Below, piece by piece: positions 33,470 to 46,200 of a stretch of DNA of 64,000 nt (its first letter is position 1; each line of letters begins with the position of its first letter). The stretch covers positions 93,374,001 to 93,438,000 of the forward strand of contig NC_086107.1 of the NCBI RefSeq assembly GCF_963921235.1, in the 5' to 3' direction. This DNA is from Mobula hypostoma (lineage: Eukaryota). The notes under the pieces were generated by a model. It worked only from the letters and a program-made list of their open reading frames with translations, was not told where the DNA came from and made no database searches. A program made the position numbers and the translations under genes.

Positions 33470-33507
33470 TAGTCCTGACGAAGGGTCTCGGCCTGAAACG
33501 TCGACTG
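33470..33507 (+). ncRNA. Minimal type I hammerhead ribozyme motif
   Basis: Stem I AGUC/GACU; core CUGACGA; stem II AGG-GUCUCGG-CCU; GAAA; loopless palindromic stem III ACGU; GUC triplet. Confidence 0.8.
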
Positions 33508-34469
33508 CGCCTCTTCCTATAGATGCTGCCTGGCCTGCTGCGTTCACCAGCAACTTTGATGTGTGTTGCTTGAATTTCCAGCATCTGCAGAATTCCTGTT
33601 GTTTGAGAAGAAATATATAAACATGAATAGGTGGTGCTAATAAAGAGCAAAATAGTGACGTAGTGTTCGATGGTTCATGGACGATTCAGAAATCTGATCG
33701 TGGAGAGGAATTTGTCCCTGAAACATTGAGTGTGTGTCATCAGACTCCTGTACCCCCACCCTGACGGTAGCAATGAAAGACCTTCCTGAGGCATCCTCTT
33801 TTGAAGGAAAGCTTGTTCCAACCCCCAAAAAGTAGATAATGGGGATTGTTGGTTGGGCAGAGATATTTTGGGCATTAGTCTTACAAAGGCAGGAGAGCAA
33901 GTCATGGAGAGCACGTGCACTTCCCCTTTAAGCCCTCAGACTGCATTCCCTTCCCTTTAATTAATTGAATGAACACCTTTAGCTCTTCTAATTATCACCC
34001 TGTACGTGTAATGTTTGTTGGGAGAGAGCTCTGCCTGTGAAGAGCTTTCTTAAAAAAAAATTAAAACTGCTGATCCCACAGAATTAATTACGACTCAGAT
34101 CAAACTGTGACAAGAAAGGAGGATTTATTAAAAGTTAAAAGAACGCCAATTACTCTTCCTTTTGGATTTTTTTTTCCCGCAAGGCTTCAAACTCCAATTT
34201 ATAGCTGCCTCCCACTGCCCCTCCTCTTACTTTCTCCTCTGGATATCAGCTCAGCTTCAGTAAAAAGACACACAATAGAGGCAGAAATTGCCAAGAGATA
34301 TTCTTTAAGAAAGCAGCATGAGCAGGAACAGTGGAGTTCTAAATGTTTGAAGTGATTTTCCAATTGGAAAAATTTCATATATTCGGAACAAGGCTCCTGT
34401 GGGAGCTGGTTGCACAGAAGTGGTGAGTTTCAGTAAACAGTTCCTCTCCACCATCCACGCCATGCTTTC

Positions 34470-34885
34470 TTGGATGTGGGGTTAGACTACAAGGAGAGAC
34501 TGAGTCGCCTGGGACTGTACTCACTGGAATTCAGAAGGATGAGAGGAGATTGTATGGAAACATATAAAATTATGATAGAGGCAGGGAAGTTGTTTCCACT
34601 GGTAGGTGAGACTAGAAGTAGGAGACCCACGTTTCAGGATGGAAATGAGATGAGGAAGAACTGTTTTTCCCAGAGAGTGGTGAATCTGTGGAATTCTCTG
34701 CCCAGAGAAGCAGTTGAGGCTTCCTCACTAAATATATTTAAGATACAGTTAAGTAGGTTTTTACATAGTAAGGGAATTAAGGGTTATGGGGAAAAGGCAG
34801 GTAGATGGAGCTGAGTTTACGGACAGATCAGCCACGATCTTATCGAATGCTCGATGGGCCAGATGGCCTACACCTGCTCTTATAT
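34470..34885 (+). mobile_element. CR1 3' fragment
   Basis: LDYKERLSRLGLYSLEFRRMRGD...FSQRVVNLWNSLP. Confidence 0.85.
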
Positions 34886-35426
34886 TCTCACTGCTACCAT
34901 CGGAAAAGAGGTGCAGGATCCTTGGATCCCGCACCACATTGGTTCAGGGACAGTTATTGCCCTTAAGTGATGATGATCCTGAACCAGCATGTATAACTTC
35001 ACCTACCTCTCAACACTGAACTGATTCCACAACCTGTGGACTCACTTTCAAGGCTCTACAACTCATGTTCTCAGTATTATTTCTTTCGTTATTTGTATTT
35101 GCTCAGTTTGTCTTCTTTTGCACAATGAACGCTTGCCGGTCTTTGGTGGTGTGTAGTTTTTCATTGATTCATTGTATTTCTTTGTTCTGCCAGGAAAGCC
35201 TGTAAGACCATGAATCTCAGGGTAGTAAATGGTGACAGATACATAATACGACAATAAATTAACTTTGAACTTGAGCTTTTTGTTATCATGGTTCTATCAA
35301 TTTGCAGGCAGTTACCAGCTCAGTGTTGCACCTAGCATTGAAGTAACACTGGGGAACTGCAATTGCAGACTAAACGTAGCAAGGCTTGAATGCTATCACC
35401 TCTTATAAAATAAAATCAAGCAGCAT

Positions 35427-36030
35427 TCAAGGGGTGATAAAAGGAGTCAATTTTAGAAAACCTAGCACATTTATTTTTCCTACATTTACACACTTAGTCC
35501 AGCGGTCGTGGAGCATAGGGATCCCTCCTTTGTAGAAGTCGGAGTCTTGGACCTCCAGAAGTGGTCCACAGCAGGGGTGATTGATAAGTTCGTGGCCTAA
35601 GGTAGAAGGAAATGAGTTATTAACTTTAAACTTTCTGCATTTTCACACAAAGAGTTGAACTGCATGTGCCTGTAACGAGAGCTGTATAACTCATCTCCTT
35701 CTACCTTAGGCCACGAACTTATCAATCACCCCTGCTGTGGACCACCTGGAGGTCCAAGACGTTCTCGTTACATGCACGTGCAGTTCAACTCTTTGAGTGA
35801 TAATGCAGAAAGTTTAAAGTTAATAACTCATCTTCTTCTACCTTAGGCCACAAACTTATCAATCCCCGCTGCTGTGGACCACTTCTACAAAGAAGGGATC
35901 CATATGCTCCACGACCGCTGGACTAAGTGTGTACATGTAGGAGGGGACTATGTTGAAAAATAAATGTGCTAGGTTTTCTAAAATTGACTCTTTCTACCTT
36001 AGGCCACGAGCTTATCAATCACCCCTCGTA
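35427..36030. mobile_element. Mariner-derived palindromic MITE with multiple TIR copies
   Basis: TIR (TACG)AGGGGTGATTGATAAGTTCGTGGCCTAAGGTAGAAGGA; mariner transposase C-terminus FYKEGIHMLHDRWTKCVHVGGDYVEK* at 35883-35963, with an inverted copy near 35440-35540. Confidence 0.9.
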
Positions 36031-36119
36031 GGTGACAAAAGTGCTTCACTCCCAGAACCTGCTATGCTCACTTTGACCATCAAAACATACCATGTGACCA
36101 GCATTCAGGAGGGCAAACC

Positions 36120-36508
36120 CATGAAAAGCAGCTGGCCAAGTACCAATGACCTGTGCTGATCAGCTGACTGGAGTGTTCATTGATATCTTTAACCATTTGC
36201 TTTGGCTATCTGAAGTACCCACCCGTTTCAAACAGACTTCACTTATACCAGTGCCTAAGAAGAACGTAGTAACCTGTCTCAGTGACTATCATCCAGTAGC
36301 ATTTGCATCCACAGTGATGAGTGTTTTGAGAGGTTGGTGATGAAACATACTAACTCCTGCCTGAGAAGTGACTTGGATCTACTTCACTTTGCCTACCGAA
36401 GCAACAGGTCCACAGCAAATGCCATCCCATTGGCTTGTCACTCAACCCTGGAACATCTGGACAGCAAAGATACATACATCAGGATGCTCTTAATGGCTCA
36501 TCATCATC

Positions 36509-36555
<47 letters not shown>

Positions 36556-38200
36556 TATCATCATCATGTGCCGTGCCCGGTTTGAGCTTTGACTGCCGTG
36601 GCCCACACACTCCTGTTTCGGGGCAAGTGGATTAATTCATTGGTATTCACTTCCAATTCTCTGGCTGCCATCTCCATCATCATTTGTCTTTGTCTTCCTC
36701 TTGTTTTCTTCCCTTCAACCTTTCCCATAATTACCATGCATTCTTACTCCTCTTTCCTAATCACATATCCAATGAAGTCACGTTGCCTTTTCATGATCTC
36801 ATACATTATTTCTCTTTTTGTGTTGCTCTGTTCATGACATCCTCGTTAGATATTCGTTTCATCCATGATATTCTTTGCATCCTCCTCAAAAACTACATCT
36901 CTGCTGCTACAATTCATTTCCTCATGTTACTAGATATTGTCCAACATTCTGAGCCATGTAACATAACTGGATAAACGTAACACTTCAATACTCTGAGGCG
37001 AGTTGTCATATCTAGTTTAGTGTTGGTCAGTATACTCTTCATTCTCGTAAAGGTGTTTTTTGCCATCCCTATTCTTCTTTTGATGTCCAAGTCGCACCTG
37101 CCATCTGATGTCACCCAGCTTCCTAAATAGCAAAAGTTATTTACTTGTCTTATGTCTTCCCCGTTTATTCTCAGCCTGCAGATAGGATTCCCCTTCTTTT
37201 TGGATATCATCATACATTCTGTCCCATTTTTGCACTTTCAACAATTATATCAATTAAGTTTTGTAGTTCTTCCTCTGTACTTGCAATTAACACAGTGTCA
37301 TCTGCATATCTGAAGTTATTGATGTTTTCATCACCAACTTTGATTCCCACGATGTCTCTTATCGACTACAGCTCAGAATTCCATACCATCATCCCTTCAA
37401 ATCTAATCAGTAAGCTCCAAGACCTTGGCCTCAATACCTCATTGTGCAATTCAATCCTTGATTTCCTCACCTGCAGATCCCGGTCAGTTCAAATTGACAA
37501 CAACATCGCCTCCACAATCTCCACCAGCACAGATGCAGCAGAAAGCTGTTGTGCTTAGTCCCCTTCTCTACTCACTTGACAATGTGTGGCTAAGCACAGC
37601 TGGAATCCCATATTTAAGTTTGCTGATGACACCACGATCATAGGCCGAATCAAATGTGGTGATGAATCAGCATATATATATATATATATATATAGGAGAG
37701 AGAGTGAGAATCTGGCTGAGTGGTGCCACAGCAACAACTTCTCAGTCGATATCTGCAAGACCAAGGAGCTGGTTAGCAACTTCAGGAGAAGGAAATCAGA
37801 GGTCCGTGAACCAGTCTTCATTACAGGATCAAAGGTGGAGGGAGTCAACAACTTCGAATCCCCAGGTGTTTTCATTTCAAGGAACCTGTCCTGGACCCAG
37901 CACATAAGTGCAATTAAAAAGAAAGCGCAGCAGCACCTCTAATTCCTTAGGAGCTTGTGAACATCCGGCGTGACATCTAACATTTCAATAAACCTCTATA
38001 GATGTGTAATGGAGAGTCTATTAACTGGCTGCATCATAGCCTACTATGGAAACACAATGCCTTTGAACAGAAAATCCTAATAATTCTATTATGATTATTA
38101 TTCTATTATGGGTTAATGGAGTATGTACTCAAAAAAATACCATCTCAGGGTTGAATACAGTGACATATATTTACTTGGATAGTAAATGTACTTTGGACTT
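36120..38200 (+). mobile_element. Rex1/Babar RT fragment split by an RTE insertion
   Basis: TCADQLTGVFIDIFN..IPVPKKNVVTCLSDYHPVA; FAYRSNRSTANAI; IFKFADDTTIIGRI. Confidence 0.9.
36498..37355 (-). mobile_element. 5'-truncated RTE-clade LINE with (ATG)n tail
   Basis: Minus NINNFRYADDTVLIA near 37285-37330; FCYLGSWVTSDGRCDLDIKRRIGMAK; tail appears as (CAT)n at 36499-36567. Confidence 0.9.
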
Positions 38201-38204
38201 TGAA

Positions 38205-38810
38205 TATTGGTAATGATCTTTCAAGAACCGCTAAATTCTGGCATCGTTCCAGAGGACTGGAAAATTGGAAATGCCACTCCTCTCTACAAAAAATGAGGTA
38301 GGCAGAAGAAAGGAAATGATAGGACAGTTAGGCTAAGCTCAGTGGTTGGGAAGATGTTGGAGTCAATTGTTAAAAATGAGGTCTCAGGGTACTTGGAGGC
38401 ACATGATTAAAAAAGGCCAAAGTCAGTACAGTTTCCATAAGGAAATATCTTGCCTGACAAATCTGGTGGAATTCTTTGAGAAAATTATAAGCAGGATAGA
38501 CTAAGGAGAATCGATGGATGTTGTGTACTTAGATTTTCAGAAGGCCTTTGACAAGATGCCACATATGAGGCTGCTTAACAAGAAAACAGCACATGGTCTC
38601 ACAGGGAAGATGACTGGCTGATTGTCAAGAGGCGAAGAATGGGAATACAGGCAACCTTTTCTGATTGGCTGCTGGTGACTGCAGGGATCTGTGTTGGGAT
38701 CACCTTCTTTTTACATTATATATTGATCATTTAGATGACAGAGTTGATGGCTTTGAGGCCGTGTTTGCGGATGATACAAAGATAAGTGGAGGGGACGTAG
38801 TGTTGAGGTT
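38205..38810 (+). mobile_element. Degraded CR1 RT fragment
   Basis: GATTTTCAGAAGGCCTTTGACAAG (DFQKAFDK); TTTGCGGATGATACAAAG (FADDTK). Confidence 0.85.
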
Positions 38811-39510
38811 TCATGGAAATAGTTAAAAAGGTATTAAAAAAAGACAAACAGCCATTTAACTGAGCAACAAATTGTTTATTTAAATGAAATGCAGAACAAA
38901 TTAGAACATTATCAATGCTAAGGCAGCACTACAAAACTTACAAAACCATTAGTTGTTAACAGTTATCGATGGAGGGATTCATACAACATACACTGTCATG
39001 TTCTTTTAATGGACTGCCTTCATACAATGGTTTCAATAACTGCATCCTCCAAATCTTTATTTTCATTATAACATTCAAGGTGATTGTAGATACCTTCAAA
39101 TTCTTTCCTAACTTGTTGAAATAGTGAAATTGTTTCATTTTCACTCCCAGCCATATCTGACATCTCCAAACCTGAATGCTGAAACCACAGTGAGCAAAAC
39201 AGTTCTCAATTGTCTTACTGCTCATTTCTCACCAAAAATCAGTGACAAACCTCACCGGATTTTGAACACAAACACCTGTAACTGACGTTTTTTTAAAAAT
39301 TGTTTGCTCTAAGCGTAGTGTCTAATGGCCACACTGAAGCTAGCTAGAAACTGTTCAGCAACAGTCTCCTGTCCCAATTAGGTGGCAGAGTGTCCCAAAT
39401 AAATGAAGGGAATCCCGGCTATTTTATCAATGATTTTTTTGTTCATTAGGAGTTGTCCCAAATAATTGGCTGCCCTGATTAACCACAGTTTAATTAACTG
39501 GAATCTCCTG
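38810..39510 (-). mobile_element. Tigger/pogo-like DNA transposon remnant
   Basis: Minus ORF SSKTIENCFAHCGF resembles the Tigger transposase post-catalytic region; TIR-like TTAATTAACTGGAATCTCCTG at 39490-39510. Confidence 0.65.
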
Positions 39511-39789
39511 AATCTCCAAATCTCTCTGAAATCCTATTTCCTAAGTTCTAATCTGTCTAGTTGTTCCAGCACATGAACCTCATTATGTAAACTGACCCCC
39601 ATGCCTCATAGCCCAGTGATTACTTTGTGTCACCCCTCACTTCCACCTTCCCTTCTAGATTTTGTGAAGCAGAGGCAGCCTGGTTCTGAGTTGTCACTGC
39701 ATCAGCAGGTCTTGTTACAGAGGACAGCAAGTCAAAGTTTCACATTAGGTCTGAGTAATTTGTTTCTTTAATGTTTGTTTAAATCAGTA

Positions 39790-40335
39790 AAGTCATAGAG
39801 TCATTGAGGTGTAAAATATGGAAACAGACCCATTCGGCTCAAAGAATCCAAGCTTCCTTTAACTAGTCACATTTATCCATGTTTGGCCTACATCCCCATA
39901 AACCTTTCCTATTCATGTACCTGCCCAAATGTCTTTTAAATGTTGCTACTATATCTGGCTCAATCACATCCTCTGGCAGCTCATTCCACATACCCACCAA
40001 CCTCTGTGTGGAAACATTGCCCCTCAGATCTTTAAATCTTTATCCTCACACCTTAAACTTGTGCCCTCTAGCTTGGGGGAAACGCTGTGATTATCCACAT
40101 TTTCTGTGCCCCTCATGATTTTATACACCTCTATAAGGTTACCACCTCAGGCTCCTACCAGGGAAAGCATTCTTAGCTTATCCAACCTCCCCTTATCTAA
40201 GCCCTCCTGTCAACCCAACATCCTTGAGAACCTCTGCTGTACCCTCCCCAGCTTAATTGCATCCTTCATATAGCTTCACGACCAGAGCTACACAAAACAC
40301 TCCCAAGTGCAGTCTTACCAATGTCTTATGTAATT
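39790..40335 (-). mobile_element. Degraded CR1 3' fragment
   Basis: Reverse-complement CR1 C-terminal coding region and 3' UTR. Confidence 0.75.
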
Positions 40336-40419
40336 ATAAAGATTAAAGATAGCGATTAGCTTTATTTGTCACATGTACGTTGAAGCATACAGTAAAATGT
40401 GTCATTGGTGTCAAATCAA

Positions 40420-40750
40420 ATCATTAATTTTGTCTAAAGGAACATTCCTCGTCTACAGTAACATACCATAAATATTAGATATTGAACCATTATGAAAAGG
40501 TGTCAAATTAAAAATTATGTCTAGTAAGTTCTTATCTCAGCTTATAGGAAATGTGCATAATTGAGATCTTAGAAAGTCTCTGATTTGTAGATATCTAAAA
40601 TAGTGAGTTTTGGGTAAGCTATATTTAGCTGACAATTGCTCAAATGAGAAAAGATTTCCTCCGATAAACAGATCCCAAAAACATTTAATACCCAACCTGT
40701 CCCATTCTTTAAGACCTAAATCAGTCATGGAGAGTTTTAAAAAAGTCGAA
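40420..40750 (-). mobile_element. L1-clade (fish-type L1/Tx1) ORF2 C-terminal fragment
   Basis: LKEWDRLGIKCFWDLFIGGNLFSFEQLSAKYSLPKTHYFRYLQIRDFLR matches the (F)SF.QL..KY.LP...FF.YLQ.R pattern of fish L1 ORF2. Confidence 0.8.
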
Positions 40751-41269
40751 TCATTGAAGATTGTGCTGGAGGCAGACCACAAGTGTCACCATCCTTCTGC
40801 CAGCAACACAGTATGCCAATCTTAGATGGATGTCTTGGTTGGCAAGGACCAGTTGGGCCGAAGGGCCTGTTTCTTTGCTGTATGACTCGAGGGCTCTAAT
40901 TGAGAGATTCAACCTTCTGACTTTAAATTGAAGGCTCTCAAGTCTCACTCTGGCAAGTGCAGACTCTCGAGCCTTTTTGTTGGTGTGGTTTATGGGGTGG
41001 TCTGTACTGGCTCTTGCACAGAAATCACTATAACTCAGACTCTGAGTGTCAGGAAACCACAAGTATTTATAGTGGTTTTGCTGAAGCTGCACTAGGGCCA
41101 AACAACGCTGTACTGGGAAATCACATGAATCGATTTTGTAAGGTCATACCCGCTCACTTAAGAAAGCAATCGGACTTGTGCAGAATTACAACCCAGGAGG
41201 CATCTCAGAGGATGTTTGCTGGGTTAATTCCTGAGACCCAACAGGCAGGATTTCTCAGTAATCATACAC

Positions 41270-43385
41270 TTTAATTCTATCCTATTTCTCATTCCCACTC
41301 TGACATGTTGGTCCATGGCTTTCTCTACTGCAATGATCATAAGACAAAGGAGCAGAATTAGGCAATTTGGCCCATTGAATCTGCTCTGCCATTTCATCGT
41401 GACTGATCCAATTTTCCTTTCAGCCCCATTCTCCTGCCTTCTCCCCGTTTCCTTTCATGCCCTGACCAATCAAGAACCTATCAACATCTATCTTAAATAT
41501 ACATAAAGACTGGGCCTCCAAAGTGCCTATGGTAAAGAATTCCACAGTTTCACCACTCTCTGGCTAAAGAAATTCCTCCTCATTACTATTCTAAAGAGAC
41601 GCTCCTCTATTCTGAGGCCGTGTCCTCTGGCCTTGGGCTCTCCCACCATAGGAAATATCCTCTCCACATCTATTCTATCAAGGTCTTTCACCATTCAATA
41701 GGTTTCAATGAAGTCACCCCTCATTCTTCTGAATTCCAGTGAAGCCCACAGCCATCAAACGCTCTTCATATGACAAGTGATTCAATCCTGGCATCATTTT
41801 CGTGAACCTCCTTTGAACCCTCTCCGGTTTCAGCACATCCTTTCTAAGATAAGTATCCCAAACCTGCCCACAAAGCTCCAAGTGAGGCTTCAACAGTGCT
41901 TTATAAAGTTTCAACATTACATCCTTGCTTTTATATTCCAGTCCTCTTGAACTGAATGCTAACATTGCATTTGCCTTCCTCACTACAGACTCAACCTGCA
42001 AATTAACCTTTAGGGAATCCTACACAAGGACTCTCAAGACCCTTTACATCTCAGGTGTTTTGTATTTTCTCTCCAATTAGAAAATAGCCAACCCTTTCAT
42101 TCCCTCTAACAAAGTACATGATCATACACTTCCTAACACTGTATTCCATCTGCCATTTCCTTGCCCATTCTCCTAATCTGTCAAGATCTTTCTGTAGCCT
42201 CTCTACTTCCTCAAAACTACCTGCCCCTACAGCTATCTTCATACCATCTGCAAACTTTGCAACAAAGCCTTCAATTTCATCATCCAAATCATTGACATAC
42301 AACATAAAAAGATTCACTCCCAACACAGACCCCTGTGGAACACCACTAGTCACTGGCAGCCAGTCAGAAAAGACTCCCTTTATTCCCACTGTTTGCCTCC
42401 TGCCAACCAGTCACTGCTTTATCCATGCTAGTATCTTTTCTGTAATACCATGGGCTCGTAGCTTGTTAAGCAGCCTCGTGTGAGGTACCTTGTCAAAGGC
42501 CTTCTGAAAATCCAAGTGCACATCAACCGATTCTCCTTTGTCTATCCTGCTTGTTACTTCTTCAAAGAATTCCAACAGATTTATCAGGCAAGATTTTTTC
42601 TTGAGGAAACCATGCTGACTGTGGCCTATTTTATCATGTGCCTCCAAATACCCTGAGACCTCATCCTTAATAATCAACTCCAACATCTTCCCAAACACTG
42701 AGGTCAGACTACCTCGCCTATAGTTTCCTTTCTTCTGCCCCTCTCCGTTCTTGAAGAGTGGAGAGGCATTTGCAGTTTTCCAGTCTTTCAGAACCATTCC
42801 AGAATCTAGTGATTCTTGAAAGATCATCACTAATGTCTCCACAATCTCTTCAACCACCTCTTTCAGAAATCTGGGGTGTACTCTCAGGTTGGAGGAGCAA
42901 CACCTCAATATTCCATCTGAGTAGAACCCAATCTGATAACACGAACATCAATTTTTCTAACTCCCCTCACCCCTTCTCTCTTTTCCTATTCCCCGTTCTG
43001 GTTCCTCTCTCACCCTTTCTCACCCTTTCTCCTCACCAGCTCATTACCTTCCTCTGGTTCCTCTCCTCCTTCCACTTATCCCATGGTTCAGTCTCCTCTC
43101 TGATCAGATTCTTTCTTCTTCAGCCCTTTACCTTTTCCACCCATCACCTCTATGCTTCTTAATTCATACCCCCTTACCCACCCACCCACCCACCTTGCCC
43201 CTCACCTGGTCTCACCTATCACCTGTACTCCTTCCCCTCTCCCCAACTTCTTATTCTTGCTTCTGCCCCCACCTTTTCCAGTCCCAATGAAGGCTGTTGG
43301 CCCAAAACATCGATTGTTTATTCCCCTTCATAATTCTGCATGACCTGCTGAATTCCTCTGTGTGTATTGCTCTGGGTTTCCACCC
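41270..43385 (+). mobile_element. Penelope 3' fragment split by a CR1 insertion
   Basis: CATTCCCACTCTGACATG...CTCTACTGCAATGAT at 41290-41338 resumes as CTCAGGTTGGAGGAGCAACACC at 42883; degenerate hammerhead motif at 43279-43316. Confidence 0.8.
41338..42880 (-). mobile_element. CR1 RT-to-3' fragment (frameshifted)
   Basis: Minus ORFs with QHGF, DFQKAFDKVPH, SGVPQGSVLG, KFADG. Confidence 0.92.
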
Positions 43386-43674
43386 TGTTATCTGTTTTCA
43401 GATAACATTGTAGTATTTTAGAGACAAAAGCCTCAAAGCATTAATCACCTGGCTCATGGACAGCTTCTGCCGTGCTGTTATAAGACAATTAAATGGCTTG
43501 TTGGTATGGTAGGATGGACTCTTGACCTCACAATCTACCTCATAGAGCAGTACAGCACAGACAGAAGCCATGTGGCCCATCAACTCCATTCTACCCAGCC
43601 CCGTAACCTATGACCTCTAATGCTAATTTCACTCAACCTCAAACTATTCAAACTTTCTCTATAACTCCCAGCAA

Positions 43675-46200
43675 CATAGAATATAGAATAGTACAGCACA
43701 GTACAGGCCCTTTGGCCCACAATGTTATGCCGACCCTTAAATCCTGCCTCCCATATAACCCCACACCTTAAATTCCTCCATATACCTGTCCAGTAGTCTC
43801 TTAAATTTCACTAGTGTATCTGCCTCCACCACTGACTCAGGTAGTGCATTCCAGGCACCAACCACTCTCTGAGTAAAAAACCTTCCTCTAATATCCCCCT
43901 TAAACTTCCCACCCCTTAAAACCATGTCCTCTTGTATTGAGCAGTGGTGCCCTGGGGAAGAGGTGCTGGCTATCCACTCTATCTATTCCTCTTAATATCT
44001 TGTACACCTCTATCCTGCCTCCTCTCATCCTCCTTCTCTCCAAAGAGTAAAGCCCTAGCTCCCTTAATCTCTGATCATAATGCATACTCTCTAACCCAGG
44101 CAGCATCCTGGTAAATCTCCTCTGTACTCTTTCCAATGCTTCCACATCCTTCCTATAGTGAGGCAACCAGAACTGGACACAGTACTCCAAGTGTGGCCTA
44201 ACCAGAGCTTTATAGAGCTGCATCACTACCTCCCGACTCTTAAACTCTATCCCTCGACTTATGAAGGCTAACACCCCATAAGCTTTCTTAACTACCCTAT
44301 CTACCTGTGAGGCAACTTTCAGGGATCTGTGGACATGTACCCCGAGATCCCTCTGCTCCTTCACACTACCAAGTATCCTACCATTTACTTTGTACTCTGC
44401 CTTGGAGTTTGTCCTTCCAAAGTGTACCACCTCACACTTCTCCGGGTTGAACTCCATCTGCCACTTCTCAGCCCACTTCTGCAACCTAACAATGTCTCTC
44501 TGCAATCTTTGACAATCCTCTACACAATCCACAACACCACCAACCTTTGTGTCATCTGCAAACTTGCCAACCCACCCTTCTACCCCCACATCCAAGTCAT
44601 TAATAAAAATCACGAAAAGTAGAGGTCCCAGAACAGATCCTTGTGGGACAACACTAGTCCCAATCCTCCAATCTGAATGTACTCCCTCCACCACCACCCT
44701 CTGCCTTCTGCAGGCAAGCCAATTCTGAATCCACCTGGCCAAACTTCCCTGGATCCCATGCCTTCTAACTTTCTGAATAAGCCTACCATGTGGAACCTTG
44801 TCAAATGCCTTACTAAAATCCATATAAGTCACACCACTGCACTACCCTCATCTAATTACCCGAACTATCCCTACTATCTTTTTTGAACAAGAGGACAACA
44901 TTTGCCTCCCTCCCATCCTCCAGTACCATTCCCATGGTCAACGAGGACATAAAGATCCTAGCCAGAGGCTCAGCAGTCTCTTCCCTCGCCTCGTGGAGCA
45001 GCCTGGGGAATATTCCGTCAGGCCCCAGGGACTTATCCGTCCTAATGTATTTTAACAACTCCAACACCTCCTCTCCCTTAATATCAACATGCTCCAGAAC
45101 ATCAACCTCACTCATATTATCCTCACTGTCATCAAGTTCCCTCTCATTGGTGAATACTCATTGAGGGCCTCACTCACCTCCACAGCCTCCAGGCTCATCT
45201 TCCCACCTTTATCTCTAATCGGTCCTACCTTCACTCCTGTCATCCTTTTGTTCTTCACATAATTGAAGAATGCCTTGGGGTTTTCCTTTACCCTACTCCC
45301 AAAGCCTTCTCACGCCCCCTTCTTGCTCTTCTCAGCCCCTTCTTAAGCTCCTTTCTTGCTACCCTATATTCCTCAATAGACCCATCTGATCCTTGCTTCC
45401 TAAACTTCATGTATGCTGCCTTCTTCCACCTGACTAGATTTTCTACCTCACTTGTCACCCATGGTTCCTTCACCCTACCATTCTTTATCTTCCTCACCAG
45501 GACAAGTTTATCGCTAACATCCTGCAAGAGATCCCTAAACATCGACCACATGTCCATAGTACACTTCCCTGCAAAAACATCAGCCCAATTCACACCCGCA
45601 AGTTCTGGCCTTATAGCCTCATAATTTGCCCTTCCCCAGTTAAAAATTTTCCTGTCCTCTCTGATTCTATCCTTTTCCATGATAATGCTAAAGGCCAGGG
45701 AGCGGTGGTCACTGTCCCCCAGATGCTCACCCACTGAGAGATCTGTGACCTGACCCGGTTCGTTACCTAATACTAGATCTAGTATGATATTCCCCCTAGT
45801 TGGCCTGTCAACATACTGTGACAGGAATCCGTCCTGGACTCACTTAACAAACTCTGCCCCGTCTAAACCGTTGGAACTAATCAGGTGCCAATCAATATTA
45901 GGGAAGTTAAAGTCACCCAAGATAACAACCCTGTTATTTTTGCACCTTTCCAAAATCTGCCTCCCAATCTGCTCCTCTGTAACTCTGCTGCTACCAGGGG
46001 GCCTATAGAATACCCCCAGTAGAGTAACTGCTCCCTTTCTGTTCCTGACTTCCACCCATACTGACTCAAAAGAGGATCCTGCTACATTACCCACCCTTTC
46101 TGTAGCTGTAATAGTATCCCTGACCAGTAATGCCACCCCTCCTCCCCTCCCCCCCCCGCCCAATCTCTTTTAAAGCACTGAAATCCAGGAATATTGAGAA
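43675..46200 (-). mobile_element. CR1 LINE, most of ORF2, with small internal deletions
   Basis: Minus ORFs covering APE (LGDFNFPNIDW, LGDSDH) and RT (DFSKAFDKVPH, KFADDTK); same subfamily as 58011-61386. Confidence 0.95.

Larger units (their letters stand above)
31273..33605 (+). mobile_element. Penelope-like retroelement, 5'-truncated, with inverted pseudo-LTR and 14-bp TSD
   Basis: 31273-31645 is the reverse complement of 33197-33569; TSD AGAAGAAATATATA at 31259-31272 and 33606-33619; inserted in a Rex1 3' tail. Confidence 0.95.

Noticed and set aside
36334..36635. Poly-His / poly-Ser proteins
   Set aside because: Translation of the (CAT)n RTE tail.
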